Assembly: GCA_038321865.1 (NCBI GenBank)
Contig: JBBQFH010000003.1
Span: forward strand, 64,001 to 128,000
Length of the DNA: 64,000 nt
DNA from: Gemmatimonadales bacterium
Lineage (GTDB): Bacteria; Gemmatimonadota; Gemmatimonadetes; Gemmatimonadales; GWC2-71-9
Direction of reading: 5' to 3'
Shown here: positions 48,319 through 56,438 of the stretch, piece by piece
Position numbering within the stretch: position 1 is the stretch's first letter
Layout of the letters: each line of letters opens with the position of its first letter
Made by a program: the position numbers and the translations under genes
Notes under the pieces: model-generated
Databases searched by the model: none
Seen by the model: the letters and a program-made list of their open reading frames with translations, nothing else
Told to the model about the DNA's origin: nothing

Positions 48319-48914
48319 TCCGTCGGCCGGCCGTCGCGGTCTTCCTCGATCCTCCGCGCCTCGGTGACGTGAAGCAGGCGCTCGCCGAGGAGATCGGGCC
48401 GCGTCAGGCACTGCGGCTCTACCGTGTGCTCGTCGCCCGGACGCTCGCTGCGGTGCGCGCGCTGGATCTTCCAGCGGTGATCTGGTTCGCGCCGGCCGGG
48501 GCCCAGGGCGAGATGCGGCGCTGGCTCGGCCCCGACTGGGTGTTGCGAGCCCAGGTATCCGGCCGGCTCGGCGCGCGGGTGGCTGCCGCGGCACACGGAG
48601 TCGAACCAGGTACGCCGTGGCTGGTGGTGCTGTCCGAGTGCGTCGGTCTGGCCCCTGAAGTCATGGGGCGGGCCCGCGATGCGCTCCTCGATCATCCGGC
48701 CGTGATGGGCGCCACGCAGTCGGGTGGCTGCTACCTCCTCGGCGCCCGCGGCCCCCTGCCGGGGCTGGGTGCCGGACTCGATGACGAGGCCGGGTCGGCG
48801 GCCTCGCAGCTGAGAAGCACGCTCGACCGTCTTGCCCCGCAGTGGCACGAGCTGCCGACCCTGGGCGCGATCATGACCGGGGCCGATGCCCGCGCGGCGG
48901 GGCTCCTGACGTAG
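48315..48914 (+). CDS. DUF2064 / CofC-like nucleotidyl- or glycosyltransferase-fold protein
   Basis: P..G.VK..LA..IG...A..LY, Q..G.LG.R and GG.YLLG motifs, partly degenerate. Confidence 0.7.
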   Translation: MIRRPAVAVFLDPPRLGDVKQALAEEIGPRQALRLYRVLVARTLAAVRALDLPAVIWFAPAGAQGEMRRWLGPDWVLRAQVSGRLGARVAAAAHGVEPGTPWLVVLSECVGLAPEVMGRARDALLDHPAVMGATQSGGCYLLGARGPLPGLGAGLDDEAGSAASQLRSTLDRLAPQWHELPTLGAIMTGADARAAGLLT

Positions 48915-49033
48915 GGGCGATCCGGGGTGGCGTCGGGTTTGCATATGACGCATGGCCCGCGTGGGGGTGCAACGCGTGATAGATTCGCAGGTCCGAAGCG
49001 CGCCCGTACCGTCACGGCTACACGAGGAGCGTC

Positions 49034-49450
49034 ATGTCCGTGCCCTTCCCGCAGGACCGCCTGCGGTTCGCGCAGTTCATGCTCGAGCGGCTGCCGAACG
49101 GGCGCTGCCGGGTCCGCGTCGAGCTGACCTGGCGCGAATCCGAGCGCTTCACCGGCGACGACGAGGGGCTGGCCTCACAGGCGGGCGAGCTGCGCTGCGC
49201 CGCGGAAGCCACGGTGAAGGCGCTGGGGCAGGCGGTGCAGGGCGAAGTCGGATTTGACCTGCTCGGGGTGAAGGCGGTACGGGCCTTCGATGCGACGGTC
49301 GTGATCGTTTCGCTCGCGGTGCGCAACGAAGGGCACACCCATCGTGTCGTCGGTTCCTATCTGAGCGACGCGGAACCCGCCCGCGGCGCGGCGCTCGCGG
49401 TGCTCAACGCGACCAATCGCATCCTCGGCAACCGACTCTTCATGCGGTGA
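49034..49450 (+). CDS. Hypothetical protein
   Basis: GAGGAG SD; C-terminal AALAVLNATNR motif. Confidence 0.7.
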   Translation: MSVPFPQDRLRFAQFMLERLPNGRCRVRVELTWRESERFTGDDEGLASQAGELRCAAEATVKALGQAVQGEVGFDLLGVKAVRAFDATVVIVSLAVRNEGHTHRVVGSYLSDAEPARGAALAVLNATNRILGNRLFMR

Positions 49451-49763
49451 GGGTGGAGCTTGGAGCGACCTATCGGGCGCTCCGTACATCCTGCTAGTTA
49501 CCTCGTTTCGCTTCGAGGGGTCGCAATTCGCAGGACGGCCCGATCTGCCGAACTGGCGGAGGAAGGGGTCAGCCGGCCGCCGGTCGGCGCATGGGCGCCG
49601 CACCGCCGGCGGGCGCGCGTATTTCCTGTCGGAGTTCGTTCGGGGCGGGAGCGGCATGGAACTGGCCCGTAACGGTGTTTTTCTGCCCGCTCCCGGTGGT
49701 CACCGGCGCGGACGACGGGCCGTTTTTGTGCCGTCGGGGTGTCCTCGACCGATGGAGGAAAAG

Positions 49764-51539
49764 ATGAAGCGATTCGCGAGCGTGGTGAGCCTCGTGTTGG
49801 CCGCGGCATGTGCCGGCCAGCGGCACGCACCCGCCACAACGGCGGCTCCGGTCGCCCTGCCGAGCACCGACGCGGCTCCTCCTGCTTCTGCCTCCGCGCG
49901 CACCAGCCCGCAACAGAATCAGCACCCTGATACCACGGCGATGCCCCCCGCGCCGGCGGTGGATACCCGTATTGACGCGGAGATCGCAGCCGAGCTCAAG
50001 GTCGCGGCCGACTCCGCCGCCGACGCCGAGATGCTCGAGCGGCTTGCCACCTCCCGTCCGACGGACCGTTCGGACGATGGGTCACCGGCGGATGCAACCA
50101 TCAAGTCGCCGGGCGGCGGCGTCACCTGGGACATCGACGTGGCGAGCTTCAACAGCCACGACCGCGTGCAATACTACCTCGATCTCTTCCAGGGTCCGGG
50201 GCGCGAGCGAATGGGGATCTGGCTCAACCGGATGCCGCGGTATGAGGCGATGATCCGCCAGCGCATGCAGGAGCAGGGGTTGCCCGGCGACATGGTCTAT
50301 CTCGCCTTGATCGAAAGCGGCTTCTCGAACGTCGCCACGAGCTCGGCACGGGCGGTCGGGATGTGGCAGTTCATGCGCGGAACCGGGCGCGGCTATGGCC
50401 TCCGGGTGGATGGGTGGGTGGACGAACGGCGCGATCCGGTGAAGTCCACCATCGCGGCCACTCGCTTCCTGCACGATCTCCGCGAGCGCTTCGGCTCCCT
50501 GTATCTGGCCGCTGCGGCGTACAATGCCGGTGCGGGCAAGGTCGGGCGCGGACTGAACCGCATGACCGATGACGAGGAGGACGATGCGGACTCGGTCTAC
50601 AGCGATTCCACCTTCTTTCGCCTGTACGACACCGATTTCATCCGGCGCGAGACCAAGGATTACGTACCGAAGCTGATCGCCGCCGCGCTCATCGCCAAGG
50701 AACCGGTTCGCTACGGTTTCCACGTGAAGCCGGACGAGGTGCTCCAGACCGATTCGATCGTCGTGCCCGACATGACCGGTCTCGACGTGGTCGCGCGGCT
50801 CGCGGACACGACGCTCACGGCGATCGCCGAGCTGAATCCGCAGTATCTCCGCCTCGCGACACCCCCGCATGTTCGCTCGGTCGTGCGTGTGCCGGACGGC
50901 CGCGGGCCCAGCACGGCCGCCGCCTATGAAGATCTTCCCGCGAGCAAGCGGGTGAGCTTCCTGGAACATGTGGCGACCCGCGGACAGTCCACCCGCGCGA
51001 TCGCGCAGCGGTACGGGGTTTCCGCCAGCGCCCTCATCGAAGCCAATCCACGGCTCCGCCAGCATGCTCCGAGGGCCGGCCAGCGCGTGATCATTCCGCT
51101 TGCCGGGCCGATGTCGACCGTCGTGGCGCGCCGGATCGCCGCTCCGGAGCCGACGGCGGCCGAATTCCATCGCGTCCGTCGCGGCGAGAGCGTCTCACGC
51201 ATCGCTTCGCGCTACGGCATCTCGCAGCGCCAGCTCCGCCAGTGGAACCGCCTGGGGGCCAGGAGTCATGTGCGGGTGGGCCAGCGCGTCAGGATTGCGC
51301 CGCCGCCGGCGCAGCGCGCACGCCAGGCCGAGCTGAAGAAGAGCCGCGCGAAGCCCGCGCGCGGCACGACCGTGACGCGCATGGCGGCCACCACGGCGCA
51401 CACCCACACGGTGAAGCGGGGGGAAACGCTGATGGGCCTGGCCCGACGGTACGGCATGTCGGTCCAGGCCCTCGCATCAGCGAACGGTTTGTCCTCGCGG
51501 TCCCGGGTCAATGCCGGAACCAGCCTGCGCATTCCCTAG
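49764..51539 (+). CDS. LysM-containing lytic transglycosylase (MltD-like lipoprotein)
   Basis: AAAC lipobox; IESGF, A.GMWQFM, DERRDP, AAYNAG and ETKDYVPK motifs; several LysM repeats. Confidence 0.9.
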   Translation: MKRFASVVSLVLAAACAGQRHAPATTAAPVALPSTDAAPPASASARTSPQQNQHPDTTAMPPAPAVDTRIDAEIAAELKVAADSAADAEMLERLATSRPTDRSDDGSPADATIKSPGGGVTWDIDVASFNSHDRVQYYLDLFQGPGRERMGIWLNRMPRYEAMIRQRMQEQGLPGDMVYLALIESGFSNVATSSARAVGMWQFMRGTGRGYGLRVDGWVDERRDPVKSTIAATRFLHDLRERFGSLYLAAAAYNAGAGKVGRGLNRMTDDEEDDADSVYSDSTFFRLYDTDFIRRETKDYVPKLIAAALIAKEPVRYGFHVKPDEVLQTDSIVVPDMTGLDVVARLADTTLTAIAELNPQYLRLATPPHVRSVVRVPDGRGPSTAAAYEDLPASKRVSFLEHVATRGQSTRAIAQRYGVSASALIEANPRLRQHAPRAGQRVIIPLAGPMSTVVARRIAAPEPTAAEFHRVRRGESVSRIASRYGISQRQLRQWNRLGARSHVRVGQRVRIAPPPAQRARQAELKKSRAKPARGTTVTRMAATTAHTHTVKRGETLMGLARRYGMSVQALASANGLSSRSRVNAGTSLRIP

Positions 51540-52222
51540 TTGGCTGCTCCGCGGACCGGTGCCGTCGGCTTGTAGCCCTTCAGCACGGCCGACGAGTATC
51601 CGTTCCGCGGGTTCCCACCCTCGGCAAGAATCGCTTCGACGCGTCCCGGGCCACGGTTGTACGCGAGGAGCGCCAGGTGTGAGTCATGATCGAACTGCAC
51701 CATCAGATCCTTCAGGTACCGAAACCCGAGCCGAAGATTGACATCCCGATCCATCAGCTTTGCCTCGGTGATCTGCCGGTTATAGTGCCGGGCCGTGCCG
51801 AGCTGAATCTGGGTCAGTCCGAGCGCCCCGGCCGAGCTCCGCGCGGTGCGCTTGAAGTTGCTCTCCACCTGCACCAGCCGGTACGCGACGGGCGGGTCAA
51901 TCCCCTCGGAGACCGCTACATCATAAATCGCGGCCGAAAGATCGGCCGGGATCTGATACCGGCCGGAGTACGCCAGCACGGACTTGGCACGCTTGAGCTG
52001 AAGCTTCACCGCTTCGACTTCTCCCCTGGCGGCGGCGAGCTGATCGCCAGCGGGCAGCACGGCAGCCACGGTGGCTTCCGCATTGGCAGAACGGACGCGC
52101 TGACTCCATGCGCCCAGCGCGCTGACCACCAGCGCGCCGGTGACGACCAGCCCGCTGCGGACGAGCAATCGCTCGACCCAGGCTCGTCGCGGATTCGCCG
52201 ATCCGTTCGTCGGTGGTGTCAT
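51536..52222 (-). CDS. SLT-domain lytic transglycosylase
   Basis: VES.F...A.S..GA.GL.QI and ALLAYNRG motifs; GAGGAGG SD. Confidence 0.88.
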   Translation of the reverse strand: MTPPTNGSANPRRAWVERLLVRSGLVVTGALVVSALGAWSQRVRSANAEATVAAVLPAGDQLAAARGEVEAVKLQLKRAKSVLAYSGRYQIPADLSAAIYDVAVSEGIDPPVAYRLVQVESNFKRTARSSAGALGLTQIQLGTARHYNRQITEAKLMDRDVNLRLGFRYLKDLMVQFDHDSHLALLAYNRGPGRVEAILAEGGNPRNGYSSAVLKGYKPTAPVRGAAN

Positions 52223-52255
52223 CTGCGTACCTCCTCGCTATAGAGAACCGCGGGC

Positions 52256-52735
52256 TTAAACGCCGGCGCGGGACCAGTCACCCCGGGTGCCCCCGGTCTT
52301 ACTCAACAATCGCACGTTCTCGATAACCATCTCCCGGTCCACGGCCTTGACCATGTCGTAGACGGTCAGGCAGGCGACCGCAATCGCGGTCAGCGCCTCC
52401 ATCTCGACTCCCGTCCGTCCGGCGGACCGAACCGTTGCCATGAGGCGAACGCCGGGGAGCGACCCATCGGTGCGTGCCTCGACCTCGACCGCGTCGAGCC
52501 CCAGCGGGTGACACAGCGGGATGAGCTCGCCCGTGCGCTTCGCCGCCATGGTGCCGGCGATCTCCGCCACCGCCAGTACGTCTCCCTTTGCGACTGCCTG
52601 CGCTGCCACCAGCGCGTAGGCTTCGGCCGACATCCGGACCGCCCCTTCAGCTACGGCGGTCCGCTCGCTGACCGACTTGCCGCTGACGTCGACCATTCGG
52701 GCCCGGCCGCGCTCGTCTACGTGACTCAGCTTCAC
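52256..52735 (-). CDS. moaC: Cyclic pyranopterin monophosphate synthase
   Basis: [14 protein letters not shown] and GVEMEALT...YDM.K motifs. Confidence 0.96.
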   Translation of the reverse strand: MKLSHVDERGRARMVDVSGKSVSERTAVAEGAVRMSAEAYALVAAQAVAKGDVLAVAEIAGTMAAKRTGELIPLCHPLGLDAVEVEARTDGSLPGVRLMATVRSAGRTGVEMEALTAIAVACLTVYDMVKAVDREMVIENVRLLSKTGGTRGDWSRAGV

Positions 52736-53817
52736 AGGAGCGCCGCCAGCTCGTCCGTCAGCACCGCGAGCAGGAGCTGCGGATTCACGTTGCCATGGGC
52801 CGATTCGCGGGCGTCACTCACGCGATCCAGCGCCCGGAACAGCGCCTGTGGCTCGCACCCCAGTAGTCCGCCGGGCACGGGCCTCCGCACCTGCTCGCCC
52901 ATTGCTCCTCGGGCCGCCTCGCCGAGGGTATCGGCGACTGCGTCGAGCACGGCGGTGAATTCCCCGCGAGCGGACCAGGGCTGCTGCCGAAGCGATCGCT
53001 CCAGGCGAGGGCCCGGACCAGCCAGCACCGCCTCCAGGATTGCATGAGCCGCCTGCCGCGCCTTTGCCCCTTCGTCTCCGCCGGCCGCCATGCCGATCGC
53101 GCCGGCCGCCGCGTGCACCCGGGCCGTGAGCGCGTCGCCTGTCAACGGCGGCTTGAGGGCGGCGCCGAGGAAGGCGCGAACCACCTCATCGGGCAGTCGG
53201 CCCAGACGGAGCGGCACGACCCGGGACCGGATAGTGGGCAGCAACTGCCGCGCGTCCACGGTCGTCAACACGAACACACTGTCGGCCGGCGGCTCCTCGA
53301 GCAGCTTGAGGAGCGCATTGGCCGCCTCCGGGCTCGACTCCTGCGGCACCAGCCGCTCCGCCTCGCCCAGTATGAATACCTTCCGGCGGCCCTGTACCGA
53401 CGTGAGGCACGCCACCCGCTGCAGGAATCGTACACTCGCCACGCTGTGGCTGGCCATGCCGTCGGACGGGCCATACAGCGGCTCCGCTCGCCGCTCGTCG
53501 ATTACCGCGGCGATGGCCTCGGCGGCCTCCTCGACCTGCCGGTCGGCATCGCCGGCCTTCGGGCGCGGGATCGGCATCAGCCAGTGCACGTCCGGGTGCT
53601 GGAGCGCAAGCACCTGCCGGCAGGGCCCGCACGCTCCGCAGGGCTCCGCGGCCGGCTGGTCGCACTGGAGCAGCTGGGCGAGCCACAGTCCCAGCCGCTG
53701 TTTGCCGATTCCCTGCGGCCCTGTGAACAGCAGCGCCTGCGGGAGCCTTCCGTTTGCGACCGCCTCGGCCAGGCGGCTTCTCGCGTCCTCATGGCCGACC
53801 AGCGGAAGCAGACTCAT
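52732..53817 (-). CDS. holB: DNA polymerase III delta' subunit
   Basis: [26 protein letters not shown] and LLPTIRSR motifs. Confidence 0.9.
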   Translation of the reverse strand: MSLLPLVGHEDARSRLAEAVANGRLPQALLFTGPQGIGKQRLGLWLAQLLQCDQPAAEPCGACGPCRQVLALQHPDVHWLMPIPRPKAGDADRQVEEAAEAIAAVIDERRAEPLYGPSDGMASHSVASVRFLQRVACLTSVQGRRKVFILGEAERLVPQESSPEAANALLKLLEEPPADSVFVLTTVDARQLLPTIRSRVVPLRLGRLPDEVVRAFLGAALKPPLTGDALTARVHAAAGAIGMAAGGDEGAKARQAAHAILEAVLAGPGPRLERSLRQQPWSARGEFTAVLDAVADTLGEAARGAMGEQVRRPVPGGLLGCEPQALFRALDRVSDARESAHGNVNPQLLLAVLTDELAALL

Positions 53818-54079
53818 GGTAAGGAAGGTATGAAGATGGGAGGAAATTGGAAACCCGAAGAGTCTGTAACAGCATTTTCAACAAGCACTTATGTGACGTA
53901 AGGCCGCGATTTTCTGCGCCATTCCGGCACGCAGAATTCTGCATCCGTACCTGCGAGCGGTTGCTCTCCGTTTCGGCATAGCGAGCAACTGCTCACATCG
54001 CCTCGTAAGAGCATGCTGTGGCGACCATTAGCAACGGGTGCAAACTGGCACCGCAGCGGCCGACACGCCCCGGCGATGA

Positions 54080-54108
54080 TTGACCGGCTCCGCCTGTCCC
54101 GTTATCCT
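54080..54108 (+). promoter_or_regulatory. Sigma70 promoter of tRNA-Asn
   Basis: TTGACC (54080-54085), 17-bp spacer, TATCCT (54103-54108). Confidence 0.65.
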
Positions 54109-54124
54109 CCTGTCGCAATTCCGA

Positions 54125-54197
54125 TCCCGAGTAGCTCAGTTGGTAGAGCAGGTGACTGTTAATCACCGGGTCGGGGGTTCGAGTCCCTCCTCGGGAG
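54125..54197 (+). tRNA. tRNA-Asn (anticodon GTT)
   Basis: TCCCGAG/CTCGGGA acceptor, GGTGA-CTGTTAA-TCACC anticodon arm, TTCGAGT T-loop; CCA not encoded. Confidence 0.96.
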
Positions 54198-54271
54198 CTG
54201 CTGCAGGGCTGAATCCACGCGTCAGGGCCTGGCCAGTCGTCGCAGGCCTTGTCTTTTATGCCCCAGTTTCG

Positions 54272-54934
54272 TTACGCCCGTCCTCCACCCGGCCCGAATT
54301 CCATCTCGGTGGCGCGCCACATGTACCAGCTGGCGACGCTCCGGAACGGCCGCCATCGTTCGGCGTGTGCGGTCAGCTCCCGCGGCGTCGGCATCGCGTC
54401 GAGGCCGTAGGCGAGGGCGAAGCCCTTCCGGACGCCCAGGTCTCCCACCGGCAACACGTCGGGCCGCCCCAGCCGGAACATCAGCAGCATTTCGACCGTC
54501 CACACGCCGATGCCTCGCACCGTGGTCAACCGCTCGATGATTTCCGCGTCCGGCATCCGCCGCACGCGCGCCAGCGTCGGTACGGTGCCATCCACGGTAT
54601 GCCGAGCGAGGTCCTTGAGCGCCGCGGTCTTCGCGCCCGAGAGTCCGGCCGAGCGGAGCGACGACTCCGGTGCGGCGAGAATATCCTGGGGGGTAGGGAA
54701 TCGCTTGGGGAGGAACAGGCGGCGGGTCCGTTCGAGGATGGTCGCGGCCGCCTTTCCCGAGAGCTGCTGGTAGACGATCGATTCCATCAGCGCTGCGAAC
54801 AGGCTCTGCGTCGGTCGCGTCCGGAGCTCGAATGGAACCGACCGCTTCATGACGTCGCGCAGCACGGGGTCGGCGCGCCGGAGGTGGCGCGCCGCGGTGG
54901 CGGGATCGAACGTGAGGATGGCTGCTGGCGGCAC
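54272..54934 (-). CDS. DNA-3-methyladenine glycosylase II (AlkA family)
   Basis: IVYQQLS..AA, HhH motif RGIGVWT.EM, D.LP..DLGV and WRP.RS.A.WY.W; start approximate. Confidence 0.9.
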   Translation of the reverse strand: MPPAAILTFDPATAARHLRRADPVLRDVMKRSVPFELRTRPTQSLFAALMESIVYQQLSGKAAATILERTRRLFLPKRFPTPQDILAAPESSLRSAGLSGAKTAALKDLARHTVDGTVPTLARVRRMPDAEIIERLTTVRGIGVWTVEMLLMFRLGRPDVLPVGDLGVRKGFALAYGLDAMPTPRELTAHAERWRPFRSVASWYMWRATEMEFGPGGGRA

Positions 54935-54973
54935 GACGTTCTCCAGGCGGACGAGGCGGATATCTTCCTGCGC

Positions 54974-56404
54974 ATGACTCCCGAACAATTTCGCCGGCAT
55001 GCGCACGAGCTGGTAGACTGGATGGCCGACTATCTGGCCGATGTCGGCGACCGGCGCATCGTGCCCGAGCTCGCGCCCGGAAACGTGCGCAGCGCGCTTC
55101 CTCCGGCGCCGCCGGAACGTGGCGAACCCTTCGACCGGATCGCGAAAGACTTCCGCGAGCTGATCGTGCCGGGCATGACTCACTGGAATCATCCAGGGTG
55201 GTTCGGCTATTTCCCCGCGAATAACAGCCCGCCGTCCATCCTCGCCGAGATGCTGACGGCGACGCTCGGTGCCCAGTGCATGTCATGGCAGACCTCGCCC
55301 GCGGCGACTGAGCTCGAGCAGCTGGTGATGGAGTGGCTGCGCCAGCTGCTCGAGCTGCCGGAGGGATTTACCGGTGTCATCCAGGATACGTCCTCGACCG
55401 CCACGCTCGTGGCCCTGCTGTCAGCGCGCGAGCGGGCGACGGCACACCAGGCCGGCAGCGCCGGACTGGGTGCCATGGGTGGCCCCGCGCTCACGGTCTA
55501 CGCCTCGGCCGAAGCGCATTCGTCGGTGGCCAAGGGCGTGAAGCTGGCCGGATACGGGCTCGACCAGCTGCGGCTGATCCCGGTGGACGAGCACTTCGCG
55601 ATGCGTCCGGAGGTGCTGGCGGAGGCGATCGCGGCCGATGTGGCGGCCGGCCGGCGGCCGGCCTGCGTCGTCGCCACGGTCGGCACTACGCCGTCCACTG
55701 CGATCGATCCGCTCCGCGCGATCGGGGAGATCTGCCGGGGGTTCGGGGTGTGGCTCCACGTGGATGCGTCTTACGCGGGCGCGGCCGCGATGCTGCCCGA
55801 GCGCCGCGCGACCATCGACGGCGTCGAGCTGGCCGACAGCTTCGTCTTCAACCCGCACAAGTGGCTGCTTACGAACTTCGACTGCTCGGCCTACTTCGTG
55901 CGCGACGTGGACACCCTGCTGCGCACCTTCCAGACGACACCGGAGTATCTCAGGACGCCGTGCGATCCTGACGTGGCGAACTTTCGCGACTGGGGGATCC
56001 CGCTCGGGCGCCGCTTCCGCGCGCTGAAGCTCTGGTTCGTCATCCGAAGCTACGGCGCGGAGGGCCTCCGCGCGATGCTGCGGCGCCACATCGCGCTGGC
56101 GGCCGAGTTTCGCTCGTGGGTCGAGGTGGAACCGGGGTTCCGGGTGCTGGCACCATCGCCGTTCGGACTGGTCTGCTTCCGGGCGGAGCCGCCCGGGCTC
56201 GCCGGGCGGGAGCCGGAGCTGGATGAGTGGAACCGATCTCTCCTCGCCAGAGTGAACGCCGACGGACGGGTATTCCTGACCCACACGGTGCTGGGTGGCC
56301 GATTCGCCATTCGGCTGGCGGTGGGCCAGTGGCAGACGGGTGCTGACGACGTGGCCAGGGCGTGGGCGCTGATCCGGGGGGCAAACGTGCGTGGCTCAGC
56401 GTGA
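54974..56404 (+). CDS. PLP-dependent aromatic-L-amino-acid decarboxylase family
   Basis: PG.THWNHP, SPAATELE, HVDA.YAG, FNPHKWL and GRRFRALKLW motifs. Confidence 0.92.
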   Translation: MTPEQFRRHAHELVDWMADYLADVGDRRIVPELAPGNVRSALPPAPPERGEPFDRIAKDFRELIVPGMTHWNHPGWFGYFPANNSPPSILAEMLTATLGAQCMSWQTSPAATELEQLVMEWLRQLLELPEGFTGVIQDTSSTATLVALLSARERATAHQAGSAGLGAMGGPALTVYASAEAHSSVAKGVKLAGYGLDQLRLIPVDEHFAMRPEVLAEAIAADVAAGRRPACVVATVGTTPSTAIDPLRAIGEICRGFGVWLHVDASYAGAAAMLPERRATIDGVELADSFVFNPHKWLLTNFDCSAYFVRDVDTLLRTFQTTPEYLRTPCDPDVANFRDWGIPLGRRFRALKLWFVIRSYGAEGLRAMLRRHIALAAEFRSWVEVEPGFRVLAPSPFGLVCFRAEPPGLAGREPELDEWNRSLLARVNADGRVFLTHTVLGGRFAIRLAVGQWQTGADDVARAWALIRGANVRGSA

Positions 56405-56438
56405 CACACCTGCGTGAAATCCACGGTGCCGCCCCTGC

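Noticed and set aside
49451..49763. Known c-di-AMP or c-di-GMP riboswitch, SRP RNA or 6S RNA
   Set aside because: Signature motifs were not recognisable by eye; kept only as an unclassified candidate.
53872..53899. dif site (TTATGTGACGT resembles the XerD arm)
   Set aside because: Only 8/11 match to the XerD arm and the XerC arm does not match.
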